DNA of 64,000 nt from an uncultured Acidobacteriota bacterium (GCA_963825245.1 CAWGSJ010000005.1:93608-157607), one strand, 5' to 3'; numbered from the stretch's first letter, positions 46,413 to 55,765 are shown. A program made the numbers and translations. Notes: generated by a model not told the origin, from the sequence alone.

Positions 46413-46901
46413 TTATGACCTTCCCGCGGCCTTCTTCAGCAGCGAAATCTGGCCAGCGTGGTAGACGTGATGCTGCACGAGACCATGAAGCATGACGTAG
46501 CGCGTCACGCCGGTGCCGAGCGCCGGCTCGCGGGCCTCGCCGACAACGTCCGCCAGCCGCGCCTCGTCCATCGCGCGGATGGCTTTCAGGAGCTCCGCAT
46601 TCGCGGCATCGAGCGCCGCGACGACGGCCGGCCATGCGGTTTCACTGTTGGCGGCCCGCGCCGGCCAGTCTCCGGCTTCCGGTTCTTGAGCCACGCCGGC
46701 GCGCAGCCGGCGCGCGACCTCCTGCACCCACGCGGTCATGTGCAGCACGATCTCGCAGATAGAATGGGTGCCTGGCACGGGATGCGCAACGGCCGTTCTC
46801 GCGTCGACGTCCTCGAGCGCGTGGCGCACCGAAGGCCCGTGCCACGCGTCGCCGCCGCAAACACGCTCGAACTGGTCGGCAATCCGATCGACTTCACGCA
46901 T
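46413..46901 (-). CDS. DinB-family protein
   Basis: 162 aa. GDAWHGPSVRHAL...HSICEIVLHMTAWVQEV...YVMLHGLVQHHVYHAGQISLLKK. Confidence 0.8.
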   Translation of the reverse strand: MREVDRIADQFERVCGGDAWHGPSVRHALEDVDARTAVAHPVPGTHSICEIVLHMTAWVQEVARRLRAGVAQEPEAGDWPARAANSETAWPAVVAALDAANAELLKAIRAMDEARLADVVGEAREPALGTGVTRYVMLHGLVQHHVYHAGQISLLKKAAGRS

Positions 46902-46948
46902 GTGTGCTGCAGACCCGGTGGAACGGCGGGGAAAGGATAGCGGAAAAG

Positions 46949-46990
46949 AGTCGGGAGTCGACTACCGACTCCCGACTACTGACTACTGGG
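46949..46990 (-). repeat. GTAGTCG-type heptad array folded into a 12-bp hairpin
   Basis: AGTCGGGAGTCG-ACTAC-CGACTCCCGACT is followed by ACTGACTACTGGGG (minus strand: CCCCAGTAGTCAGTAGTCGGGAGTCGGTAGTCGACTCCCGACT). The CTA at 46983-46985 is the TAG stop of the upstream lipoprotein gene. Confidence 0.75.
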
Positions 46991-47921
46991 GTTGAATCGT
47001 GACCTTCACGGGCGCCTGTAGTCTGAACTCGAGCAGCGACTCGGCTGGAATGACTGCGGGATCGCCCCGGGTCGCCACGGCCGTGCCGACGCCGGCTCCA
47101 GCGCCCACTCCGGCGCCGATCGCCGCTCCTTTGCCGCCGCCGGCAATCCCGCCGATGAGAGCGCCGACGCCTGTCGCCACGCCCGTCCGCACGGCGTCCT
47201 TCTTCTTCGTGCTTTGAGCGTCTGCCGTGAACGAATCGCTCGTGACGGCGATCGAGTTGCCCTTGACCCCGACGATCGACCGGACGCCGACCGTCAGGCT
47301 CGCGACGCCCTTGACGCGGCCGCCCGGATCGCTCTCGACGACGAACCCGTTGACGCGCGTGCCGGCCTTGGCCAGAACGGTCTCGCCCGACTTCAGATCG
47401 TGCTCGAGGAGACCGTCGAAGGTGGCGCCAGTCGTCGCTCGTTCGGTCGACACTTCGCGCGGGAGGCGAACGGAGAACGTCGTCCCGGCGGGCAGCGTGT
47501 ATTCGCGCGGCTTCAGCCGTTCGAGGTCCTGCTGGAGCTTCTCGTTGGTCTCGGCCTGCCTGGCATTGAGCGCCTTCTGTTCTTCAACCAACCGCTGAGC
47601 CTCGGCCTGCTTCGCCGCTTGCTGGTTGGCCTCCTTCTGGGCCTGGGCGGTCGCCGCGGCAGACGCCGTCGGCTTGCTTGTCGTTTTCGCCCCCTGCGGC
47701 GGTGCCTCGGCTGCACGTGCGCCCGCAGGTGGGGCGAGTTCGGGGGCCGGTTGCGCGGCTGGCTGTGCGGCCTGGGCGGCTGGCTGCCCGGCCAGCTGCT
47801 TCTGTGTTTCGGCGAGCTGCTTTTCGAGCTCAGCGACGCGCGGATCGGTGTCGGTGCGCCCGGAGCTGCACGCGGCCGCGAGCGCGGCGGTCAGAACCAA
47901 TGCGAGCGTACGACAGGGCAT
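46983..47921 (-). CDS. Lipoprotein with coiled-coil/low-complexity linker and C-terminal glycine-zipper domain
   Basis: Start at ATG 47921 (MPCRTLALVLTAALAAACSSG). It has an AAQPAAQ-rich and coiled-coil region. The C-terminus reads TGVATGVGALIGGIAGGGKGAAIGAGVGAGAGVG. Confidence 0.65.
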   Translation of the reverse strand: MPCRTLALVLTAALAAACSSGRTDTDPRVAELEKQLAETQKQLAGQPAAQAAQPAAQPAPELAPPAGARAAEAPPQGAKTTSKPTASAAATAQAQKEANQQAAKQAEAQRLVEEQKALNARQAETNEKLQQDLERLKPREYTLPAGTTFSVRLPREVSTERATTGATFDGLLEHDLKSGETVLAKAGTRVNGFVVESDPGGRVKGVASLTVGVRSIVGVKGNSIAVTSDSFTADAQSTKKKDAVRTGVATGVGALIGGIAGGGKGAAIGAGVGAGAGVGTAVATRGDPAVIPAESLLEFRLQAPVKVTIQPQ

Positions 47922-48047
47922 AGTCACATCTCCTTTTGAAACGTGCAGACCGCCTGGGAGGCGCGCAAAACGACCCGCAAGAAACTCGGCGCACTGCTGA
48001 CTTATCCTACGCCTGACCGTCCGCAAAGTACACGATTGATGAGCTAG

Positions 48048-49799
48048 CTATGGATGCTGCCCCTTGTAAACGATCTGTCCGCCGACAATCGTGTAGACCA
48101 CTTTCGCCTGCCTGATCTCGTCCTCCGGCACCGCGGTGATATCCCTGGACAGGACGGTGATGTCGGCGAGCTTGCCGACCGACAGCGTCCCCTTCACATC
48201 GTCTTCGAACGCCGCGAACGCGTTGTGAACCGTGTAGGAGCGGAGCGCTTCCATCCGGGTCATTTTCTGATCACCGTAGAAGACGCTACCGTTCGCGGTC
48301 CTGCGCGTGACCGCGGCGTAGTAGTTCCCGATCGGATCGACGTCCTCGACCGGCGCATCGGTCCCGTTGCTCACCACTGCTCCGGTCTTCATCAGCTTCT
48401 GCCAGACGTAAGCGCCTTCCTGGGCGCGCCGGACGCCGAGCCGCGCCTCGACGAACACGGCGTCGGACGTGGCATGCACCGCCTGCATCGAGGCAATGAT
48501 GCCGAGCCGCGCGAATCGCGGAATGTCGGCGGCGGCGAGATGCTGTGCGTGCTCGATGCGCCACCGCAGTGCCTTGCCGTCTTTCCCGCTTTTCCTGAAG
48601 ACCTCCTCGTAGATGTCGAGCACTTCCCGATTGGCGCGATCGCCGATCGCGTGAACGGCCATCTGATAGCCGTGGTCGATCGCGGCCTGCGCCATGACCC
48701 TGATCGATTCGATCGACGTGGTGTTCAGTCCTGAACTGTCAGCCTTGTCAGTGTATGGCTCGAGCAGCCAGGCACCGCGGGAGCCGAGGGCGCCGTCGAT
48801 CTGTACCTTGATCGCGCGGACGGTGAGCCGGTTGCTGCCATACCCAACCACCCGTGCGCGGTCGAGGCCTGCAACGAGCGCCCCGCTGTCGTCCATCCGC
48901 ACCATCTCCCACAAGCGGACGCGGATCCGGTTCTCGTCGATCATCCGCTTGAGGCGCTCGATGACCTCGAACGATGCCCCGGCATCCTGGAAACTGGTGA
49001 TGCCTTTGGCAATTACCTCCTGATCCGCCAGTTCGAGGGCGCGCCTGGCACGCGCGTCGGCCTCTTCTGCAGTCGGCCGCGGCTCGCCGGCGCCTCGACG
49101 CACGAGCGCAGCCGCCGTCTCGCGCAGGAGTCCCGTGGGATTTCCACGAGCGTCCTTCACGATCTCGCCGCCGGCCGGATTGGCCGTGGTCCGGCCGATC
49201 CCGGAGAGCTCCATCGCCTTCGCGTTGACGAACGACGCATGGCCGCTGGCATGGGTGAGCACGACGGGATTGACGGGAGACGCCCTGTCGAGTGATTCAT
49301 GGACGGGAAATCCCTCGACGTTCGGCGTGGGAACTGCGTTCCACTTCTCCTGGTGCCAGCCGCGGCCGACAATCCACTGTCCAGGCTTCGCGATCTCGAC
49401 CGCCCGCGCGACGATCCCGACGATCTCGTCCCAGCTCGTCGTCTGCGCCAGGTCGAGATTCATCTTGTTCTCGCCGATTCCCGCGAAGTGGCCGTGCCCC
49501 TCGATGAACCCCGGCATCGCGAACCCGGTGTTCAGCTCAATCACCTGCGTCGACGGTCCGACGTATGGCGCGACGTCTGCTTGGGTGCCAATGGCAACGA
49601 TCCGCCCGTCGCGCGCGGCCAGCGCCTCGGCCTCGGGGATCTTGTCGTCGAGGGTGACGATGCGGCCGCCTCGAAGGACGAGGTCTGCCGGCTCCTGAGG
49701 GCTGCCCTGCCTCGACGTGCACGAACCTGAAAGTCCGGCGACGGCGAGGACAAATGCAACCACGAACACTCGAAGGCGCGAAGGATAGACCAGATTCAT
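48048..49799 (-). CDS. Amidohydrolase-family metal-dependent hydrolase (Amidohydro_3-like), lipoprotein/secreted
   Basis: Start at ATG 49799 (MNLVYPSRLRVFVVAFVLAVAGLSGSC). It has GFIEGHGHF, VHAIGDRANR, IEHAQH and NGTDAPVE. Confidence 0.85.
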   Translation of the reverse strand: MNLVYPSRLRVFVVAFVLAVAGLSGSCTSRQGSPQEPADLVLRGGRIVTLDDKIPEAEALAARDGRIVAIGTQADVAPYVGPSTQVIELNTGFAMPGFIEGHGHFAGIGENKMNLDLAQTTSWDEIVGIVARAVEIAKPGQWIVGRGWHQEKWNAVPTPNVEGFPVHESLDRASPVNPVVLTHASGHASFVNAKAMELSGIGRTTANPAGGEIVKDARGNPTGLLRETAAALVRRGAGEPRPTAEEADARARRALELADQEVIAKGITSFQDAGASFEVIERLKRMIDENRIRVRLWEMVRMDDSGALVAGLDRARVVGYGSNRLTVRAIKVQIDGALGSRGAWLLEPYTDKADSSGLNTTSIESIRVMAQAAIDHGYQMAVHAIGDRANREVLDIYEEVFRKSGKDGKALRWRIEHAQHLAAADIPRFARLGIIASMQAVHATSDAVFVEARLGVRRAQEGAYVWQKLMKTGAVVSNGTDAPVEDVDPIGNYYAAVTRRTANGSVFYGDQKMTRMEALRSYTVHNAFAAFEDDVKGTLSVGKLADITVLSRDITAVPEDEIRQAKVVYTIVGGQIVYKGQHP

Positions 49800-49893
49800 G
49801 GAGATGCCCGCCGCGCATTCTAATGTTTCCACGCGGCGGCTGATTCCGCCGAGGCGATTTCTGCTAGGCTCGAGCCTCACCAGGAGTTGCTCC

Positions 49894-51237
49894 ATGTCTA
49901 CGCTGGTCAGGAGCCTCGTCGTCTCGGCCGCTGTCGTCGCGTCAGCCATCCCTGTCGCGACGCTCCAGCTTCTCCGCCAACCAAGAATCCAGTTCACGGA
50001 TACCCGGCTGGAGAACGGCCTCCGCGTGATCATCGTGGAGGATCGGTCCGCGCCCGTCTTCTCGATCGTCGTGAACTACAACGTCGGTTCGCGCGACGAA
50101 CAGAAGGGGCGGACCGGCTTCGCGCATCTGTTCGAACACATGATGTTCAAGGGTTCCGCCAACGTCGGCCCCGGCGAGCATCCGTACCTGATGTTCATGT
50201 ACGGCGGGAACATGAACGGGACGACCAGCAAGGATCGGACGGTCTATTACGAGACCCTGCCGGCCAACCAGCTCGACCTCGCGCTGTTTCTCGAAGCCGA
50301 CCGGATGCGATCGCTCGAGATCACGAGAGAGAACCTCGAGAACCAGCGGAACGCGGTGCAGGAGGAGCGGCGGCTGGGCGTCGACAATCAGCCCTACGGG
50401 AGATCGTTCGAGGTGCGCGACGAGCTCGCCTACGACAACGCCGCCTACGAGCACTCGGTGATCGGTTCGATGGCCGATCTCAACGCCGCGACGGTTGAAG
50501 ACGTCGCTGCGTTTTTCAAGACGTACTACGCGCCCAACAACGCCGTTGTCGCGATCGTCGGCGACGTCGAGACGAAAACGACGCTGGAGAAAATGCGGAA
50601 GCATTTCGGCTCGATTCCCAGGCAGCAGCCGCCGCCGCCCGTCGACATGACCGAACCGCCTCAAACCGCCGAGCGCCGCACGCAAATCGATGATCCGCTC
50701 GCGAGGCTGCCGCGTCTCGACATGGCGTACAAGATTCCACCCGGCGATGCTCCCGACACGGACGCGTTGGGCGTCCTGGCGTCGATTCTCTCGGGGGGCC
50801 GCAGCTCGCGCTTCAACGAAGCGATCGTCCGTCAGAAGCAGCTGTCGCCAGGCGTATTCGCCGGTGCGGCCGAAACCCGCGGACCCGGCCTGTTCACCAT
50901 CAACGGCGTGGCCGCGCCGGGCCGGACTCTGGCTGATCTCGAAGCGGCGATCGACGCGGAGATCGAGAAAATCAAGGAGGCGCCGATCGCCGACTGGGAG
51001 ATCGAGAAGGCGCGCACCAGCGCGCGCTCGGCGCTGGTCGGCAACCTCGGAAGCTCGCTGTCGCGTGCGATGTCACTGTCCCAGTACGCGCTGTTCTACG
51101 ACAAGCCGGACAAGATCAACACACGCGCCGACGACATCGCGAAAGTCTCCGCCGCGGATGTTCAGCGCGTCGCGCGGCGCTATCTGGTGGCGGCCGGCCG
51201 AACCGTCGTGCTGACGATGCCGAAGGGAGGCAAGTGA
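49894..51237 (+). CDS. M16-family zinc peptidase (pitrilysin-like, active subunit)
   Basis: Start at ATG 49894 (MSTLVRSLVVSAAVVASA). The inverted zinc motif HLFEHMMFKG (HxxEH) and downstream E residues are present. Confidence 0.9.
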   Translation: MSTLVRSLVVSAAVVASAIPVATLQLLRQPRIQFTDTRLENGLRVIIVEDRSAPVFSIVVNYNVGSRDEQKGRTGFAHLFEHMMFKGSANVGPGEHPYLMFMYGGNMNGTTSKDRTVYYETLPANQLDLALFLEADRMRSLEITRENLENQRNAVQEERRLGVDNQPYGRSFEVRDELAYDNAAYEHSVIGSMADLNAATVEDVAAFFKTYYAPNNAVVAIVGDVETKTTLEKMRKHFGSIPRQQPPPPVDMTEPPQTAERRTQIDDPLARLPRLDMAYKIPPGDAPDTDALGVLASILSGGRSSRFNEAIVRQKQLSPGVFAGAAETRGPGLFTINGVAAPGRTLADLEAAIDAEIEKIKEAPIADWEIEKARTSARSALVGNLGSSLSRAMSLSQYALFYDKPDKINTRADDIAKVSAADVQRVARRYLVAAGRTVVLTMPKGGK

Positions 51238-52718
51238 TGGTCGCGCGGCTGACGTCAATCGCGTGCGTCGTGCTGGCGGGGGCCCTCGCATCGGTCTCCG
51301 CCCAGCAGGGCGCGCCGGGTCCGTCCACCGAAGGGCTCGTCCGCAAGGGCAAGGCGCCGATTTCCACCGACATCCTCAACGTGAAATTACCGCGCCCGCA
51401 GGAAGTCGATCTGCCGAACGGTCTTCACTTGATGGTGTTGGAAGATCGCCGCGTGCCTCGAATCACCTTCCAGATCATCATCCCGGGAGCCGGCGGCTAC
51501 TACGACCCCGCCGACAGAGCCGGCCTGGCCGGCTACACCGCCGCCATGATGCGCGAGGGCACCGGGAAGCTGTCGTCGGTGCAGCTGTCGCAGGAACTGG
51601 AGACCATTGCCGGCGTCCTCAACCTGTCGGCCGGTTTCTCGACGCCGAATGCCTCGATGTTTGGCACCGCGCTGACGGAGCACTTCGATCGCGTCTTTCA
51701 AATCGCCGGTGATGTGCTGCTCAACCCGTCGTTTACTGCCGAGGAGTGGGAGCGGTTCAAGACGCGCGAGAAGGCCCAGCTCCAGCAGCAGCGCACGCAG
51801 CCCGGTTTCCTGAGCCGCGAGCTGTTCAACCGGGTCGTCTACGGCGGTCATCCAGCCTCGCGGATTTCTGCCACCACGCAGAGCCTCGACGCCATCACCC
51901 GCGAGGCGCTCGCCGAGTTCCATCGCACCCGCTATCTTCCCGATCACGCCGCGATCGCCTTTGCCGGAGACATCACGTTCGCCGAGGCGCGAACGAAGGT
52001 CGAGGCGTCGCTCGGTGGATGGAAGAAGGCTGGGTCGAAGAAGCCAACGGTGAGCGATCCGCCGCCGGCGGGCGCGCCGAAGGTCTATCTCGTGTCGCGT
52101 CCGGGTTCCGTCCAGACGACACTGGTCACCGGCATGCAGTCGATGACCCGAACGGATCCGGACTACGAGGAACTGACCGTCGCCAACCGCGTGCTCGGGG
52201 GCACGATGGGACGTCTCTTCAGGCAGCTGCGCGAGGGCAAGGGGTACACCTACGGAATCGGCAGCGGCTTCTCGGCGCCTGGCTTTCGCGGCGACTGGTC
52301 CGCCTCTACGTCAGTCCGCACCGAGGTGACAGAACCGGCGCTCACCGATCTGCTCGCCGAGATTGCCGAGATGCGCGACAAGCCGGTGCCGGCCGACGAG
52401 TTGGCCGATGCCAAGCGCGCGATCGTCGCCTCGTTCGCATTGTCGCTTGAGAGTCCGCAGAGCGTGATCGGCTACTACACCGAGCGCTGGATGTACGGGC
52501 TTTCCGCGGACTACTGGGACGCGTATCCGGCGCGCATCAGCGCCGTGACCGCCGCCCAGGCGCAAGCCGCGGCACGGAAATACTGGGACCCGGCGCGTCT
52601 CCAGATTGTCGCAGTGGGCGACGCCTCTCAGATTGGCGAGATCCTGCGGAAGAAGGGCGAGCTGCAGATGTTCGATGCGGACGGTCAGCCCATCCAGGCG
52701 GCCCCGACCGGGCGCTGA
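51234..52718 (+). CDS. M16-family peptidase, non-catalytic partner subunit
   Basis: 494 aa. It overlaps the upstream stop (GTGATG), has the M16 fold pattern but no HxxEH, and carries a signal peptide. Confidence 0.8.
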   Translation: MMVARLTSIACVVLAGALASVSAQQGAPGPSTEGLVRKGKAPISTDILNVKLPRPQEVDLPNGLHLMVLEDRRVPRITFQIIIPGAGGYYDPADRAGLAGYTAAMMREGTGKLSSVQLSQELETIAGVLNLSAGFSTPNASMFGTALTEHFDRVFQIAGDVLLNPSFTAEEWERFKTREKAQLQQQRTQPGFLSRELFNRVVYGGHPASRISATTQSLDAITREALAEFHRTRYLPDHAAIAFAGDITFAEARTKVEASLGGWKKAGSKKPTVSDPPPAGAPKVYLVSRPGSVQTTLVTGMQSMTRTDPDYEELTVANRVLGGTMGRLFRQLREGKGYTYGIGSGFSAPGFRGDWSASTSVRTEVTEPALTDLLAEIAEMRDKPVPADELADAKRAIVASFALSLESPQSVIGYYTERWMYGLSADYWDAYPARISAVTAAQAQAAARKYWDPARLQIVAVGDASQIGEILRKKGELQMFDADGQPIQAAPTGR

Positions 52719-52796
52719 GCGTCACCCGATAGCACCCATCGCGGTGCGCGCCTGGGCGACGCTATGAATTTTCATGGTCGAAATAGGAGACCGAAG

Positions 52797-52865
52797 GCGG
52801 GCCTGAGGCCTGCATGAACACCGGCCCCAAGACCCGCCTAAAGCAGGCCTGAAGGCCTGCACACT
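52797..52865 (-). repeat. Pair of REP-like hairpins (GCAGGCC/GGCCTGC type)
   Basis: GCGGGCC-TGA-GGCCTGC (52797-52813) and GCAGGCC-TGAA-GGCCTGC-ACACT (52843-52865) lie between convergent genes. Confidence 0.55.
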
Positions 52866-52893
52866 CTGCGTCGCGAGCGAGCGCAGGATAAGG

Positions 52894-53817
52894 CTAGAAC
52901 TGCGCCCGGCCGCCGCGCAGGATGTTCGGCAGGCTGTAGTTGCCCTCGTGGCACGCGTATTCGTAAATCGGCTGGTCGAACCGCGTCATCGAGAACTCGC
53001 CGCTCCACGGGCGCGTATACAGCTCGTTGTCTTCAACCGTATAGCGATAGAACAACTCCGTCGGCGAGACGCGCGTAAACCGTTCGGTCACCTTGGCGCG
53101 TCGGCTCAGCAGGAGCGGCCGGCCCACGCCGTTCCGCGCCGGGTCGTCGGCGCGCAACTGGGTGGTTTTGACGACGAGCGTGTCGTTCTCCCAGTGACCC
53201 ACCGAGTAACCGCCAATGCTGCGCATCGCGTCCGGCGGCGGCACCTGGACTCCCAGGTGAATGACGCGTACACCGGCCGAGTCCTCGGACGAGATGACGA
53301 CCGAATCGCGCGTCTGGACGATCTGCCGCGGCAGCGTGACGGGAACGGTCCGCATCGGCGCATACCCGAGATTCTCGAGGCACCGCTCGGCCAACGGCCG
53401 CTGTTCAGGATCGTCGTACTTCTTGAAGCGCGCCTCCACCTTGGCGGCCAGATCGAGACCCTTCTGCGTGAACGGCATCCGGCCGTCCTCGGGATCGACG
53501 ATCTGCGAGGTGCGATATTCGCCCTTCACCATTGCGAGCTGCTGGATATCGTTCAGCTGAACGTCGGGATCGATGACCGCCGGCAGCTTGGCGCGAATCG
53601 CAGCCACCAGGACCCGGGCCTGATCGGGAGTCACGACTAGCGTCGCGACACCGTCCGGCCGTTCGAGCGTGGTCAGGAAGGAAGTCGCCCAGATCCCTTG
53701 AAAGTCAGGATGCCCGTGCTCGGTTCGGGGCACCGTGTAATGGTCCCCGTTGCCCGCGGCCACGGGGAGCGTGCTGATCAGACACACCAGGAGAACGACG
53801 GGTAGGCGTTTGTACAT
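52894..53817 (-). CDS. Conserved hypothetical secreted protein (paralog of 43714-44664)
   Basis: 307 aa with a signal peptide. It has PRTEHGHPDFQGIWAT, RPLAERCLENLGYAP, IGGYSVGHWENDTLVV and EYACHEGNYSLPN. Confidence 0.7.
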   Translation of the reverse strand: MYKRLPVVLLVCLISTLPVAAGNGDHYTVPRTEHGHPDFQGIWATSFLTTLERPDGVATLVVTPDQARVLVAAIRAKLPAVIDPDVQLNDIQQLAMVKGEYRTSQIVDPEDGRMPFTQKGLDLAAKVEARFKKYDDPEQRPLAERCLENLGYAPMRTVPVTLPRQIVQTRDSVVISSEDSAGVRVIHLGVQVPPPDAMRSIGGYSVGHWENDTLVVKTTQLRADDPARNGVGRPLLLSRRAKVTERFTRVSPTELFYRYTVEDNELYTRPWSGEFSMTRFDQPIYEYACHEGNYSLPNILRGGRAQF

Positions 53818-53884
53818 ACATTTCTCCGTTCATGCATGTACACGTCGTCAGGTTGCCCGGCCCGCCAGCCGCCACGAACCGGGA

Positions 53885-53908
53885 CGTCCGGCTAAAGCCG
53901 GACGCTAC
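53885..53908 (-). repeat. REP-like palindromic element
   Basis: CGTCCGGC-TAAA-GCCGGACG-CTAC. The CTA at 53905-53907 is the TAG stop of the lipocalin-like gene. Confidence 0.75.
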
Positions 53909-54936
53909 TTAACGGGCCCCTGCTTTTCCCAATACAGATGTCCGCCGGCGATCTCGCCGTTGGCATTCAGGTTCGGCGGACCGCCGAGCCTGAGCACGTT
54001 TCCATTGATCTGGTAGAAGCGCTTCTGCTCGCTGTACCCGCCGGGATTCGTCGTGCCCTGCTGGCTGTGATAGACGAACGGCGGGTTCTGATTCTCGTAG
54101 GTGATGAACCGGCCAAAGTACCCGGTGTAGCTGCGATACGCGGCCAGCGATTCGGCCGGCGTCGGTTGTTGGCCGGCGTACGGCGTCCGTCCTTCGCGGT
54201 TCATCAGGTGGACCATCATGTGGCCCGACGCGGCGTAGATGATGTACGACGTGCCGGCGCGCGTCTCCACCTTGTCGCCGTGGAAGACCTCCTTGCCGTC
54301 CTTCGTCCGGTAGCTGTCGGTGTACAGCAGCCGCCAGAACCCGACGAACTTCTTCGCTTCGGCCGAGAGCGGCGCGTCCGCCATCCGCTGCCACACCAGT
54401 CGCCGCGTCGCCTTGTCCTTGCCGCCCTCTGCTGGCGGGGGCGTCAGGATCAGGCGTTCGGCGCCGTTCGGCATCGTCATGAAATCGTAGTAGCGGCGCA
54501 CTTCCTTCTGACCGCCCGGATTGATTTGACCGAAGCGGTTGTGGATGACGAACTTGTCGCGTTCCTTGTCGTTGACGGTGAACGATCCGAAGTAGGCGGT
54601 GTAGCCGCGCAGCGCCGCCTGCGCTTCCTCGCCGGTGGGCGGATTGCTGGTGATGCGCGGCCGCACCTTCGGCTGGATGTGGACACCCATGTGGCCGGTA
54701 TCGTTGTAGATGATGTAGCCGTTCGACCCGAAGTTTGGCGTGCGCGTCCACTGCCCGGTCTTCGGGTCGCGGTCTTCGGTCTGGATCAGCTCGTAGGCGC
54801 CGACGAACTTCGCGCGATCGTTGGCCGGGCGCGAGCCGCCGCCCTGCCCGGCGGCGCCGGGACCGAGAACGGTCGGCGCGGAAACCGCGGCTCCAACAAT
54901 GAGGACTGCCAAGAGGCTTCGGAACACGCTGCGCAT
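53905..54936 (-). CDS. Secreted protein with two lipocalin-like domains
   Basis: 343 aa with a signal peptide and an internal duplication (FVGAYELIQTE...YIIYNDTGHMGVHI...YTAYFGSFTV versus FVGFWRLLYTD...YIIYAASGHMMVHL...YTGYFGRFIT). Confidence 0.55.
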   Translation of the reverse strand: MRSVFRSLLAVLIVGAAVSAPTVLGPGAAGQGGGSRPANDRAKFVGAYELIQTEDRDPKTGQWTRTPNFGSNGYIIYNDTGHMGVHIQPKVRPRITSNPPTGEEAQAALRGYTAYFGSFTVNDKERDKFVIHNRFGQINPGGQKEVRRYYDFMTMPNGAERLILTPPPAEGGKDKATRRLVWQRMADAPLSAEAKKFVGFWRLLYTDSYRTKDGKEVFHGDKVETRAGTSYIIYAASGHMMVHLMNREGRTPYAGQQPTPAESLAAYRSYTGYFGRFITYENQNPPFVYHSQQGTTNPGGYSEQKRFYQINGNVLRLGGPPNLNANGEIAGGHLYWEKQGPVK

Positions 54937-54978
54937 GCCGCCCCCCTTTCGTGCGACTTGTGTCTGGCCAAGTATCCA

Positions 54979-55004
54979 GCGGACCTAAAGGTCCGCACTA
55001 CTAC
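54979..55004 (-). repeat. REP-like palindromic element (identical core to 32337)
   Basis: GCGGACC-TAAA-GGTCCGC-ACTACTAC. Confidence 0.8.
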
Positions 55005-55054
55005 GTGATCTCGGTCGAAGCATATACCCAACCAACCGCGCGGCAACGGCGATC

Positions 55055-55765
55055 CTAGGCCGCGACTCTCGTCGCCTCGCGGAGCGCGGCGCGCGCGAGG
55101 AGGCGTGTCGAATCGAGGGCTGGCAGCGGCGAATCGGATTCCGAGATGATCAGTGGGATCTCCGTGCAGCCAAGCACCACCGCGTCGCAGCCACGTTCGC
55201 CAAGCGTGGCGATCACGCCGCGCAGGTAGTCGCGCGAGCCTGCCTCGAAGCGTCCATAGACCAGCTCGTCGAAGATGATTCGGTTGATCCGCTCCCGATC
55301 GCGGCCCTCGGGTATCTCGTAGGCGATCCGCCGCGACAGGAGCTTCTGCGGGTAGACCGGACCTTCCATCAGGTACCGTGTGCCGAGCAGGCCGAGGCGC
55401 TTGAAGCCGCGGCTTGCGGCGACGGCAGCCACCTCTTCCGCGATGTGAATCCACGGCAGCGGCGACCGTTCGCGAACCAGGTCGAGCGCCTGGTGAATCG
55501 TGTTGTCGGGACAGACCAGCAGCTCGGCGCCGGCACGCTCGAGCAGGGCGGCCGACTCCAACATCAGCAGCCCGGCCTCGTGCCACCCTTCCGTCTCGAC
55601 GAGCCGCATGTACTCGGCGAGCGAGTAGGTGTGCATGGTGACCTGCGGGTGGTCGTGCGGCCCGAGGACCGTGGCCCCCTCCACGCAGATCGTGCGGTAG
55701 CACAGCGCGGCGCCTTCAGCGCTCACCGCCACGATTCCGATGTGCCGTGCTCGCTCCAGCTTCAT
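55055..55765 (-). CDS. Aspartate/glutamate racemase-family protein
   Basis: 236 aa. HIGIVAVSAEGAALCY, LLVCPDNTIHQ and AVVLGCTEIPLI contain the two catalytic-Cys motifs. Confidence 0.75.
   Translation of the reverse strand: MKLERARHIGIVAVSAEGAALCYRTICVEGATVLGPHDHPQVTMHTYSLAEYMRLVETEGWHEAGLLMLESAALLERAGAELLVCPDNTIHQALDLVRERSPLPWIHIAEEVAAVAASRGFKRLGLLGTRYLMEGPVYPQKLLSRRIAYEIPEGRDRERINRIIFDELVYGRFEAGSRDYLRGVIATLGERGCDAVVLGCTEIPLIISESDSPLPALDSTRLLARAALREATRVAA

Noticed and set aside
47480-47860. Repetitive nucleotide stretch inside the lipoprotein gene 46983-47921.
   Set aside because: It is in frame and encodes an Ala/Gln/Pro-rich linker and coiled coil (AAQPAAQPAPE..., QKEANQQAAKQAEAQ). It is coding low complexity, not a DNA repeat element.
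48048-50033. The N-terminal extensions suggested by the ORF track for the amidohydrolase (to 50033) and the M16 peptidase (from 49798), which would overlap each other divergently.
   Set aside because: Internal ATGs at 49799 and 49894 are each followed immediately by a signal or lipoprotein-type hydrophobic segment, and using them leaves a normal 94-nt divergent promoter region. The extensions have no family-like sequence.
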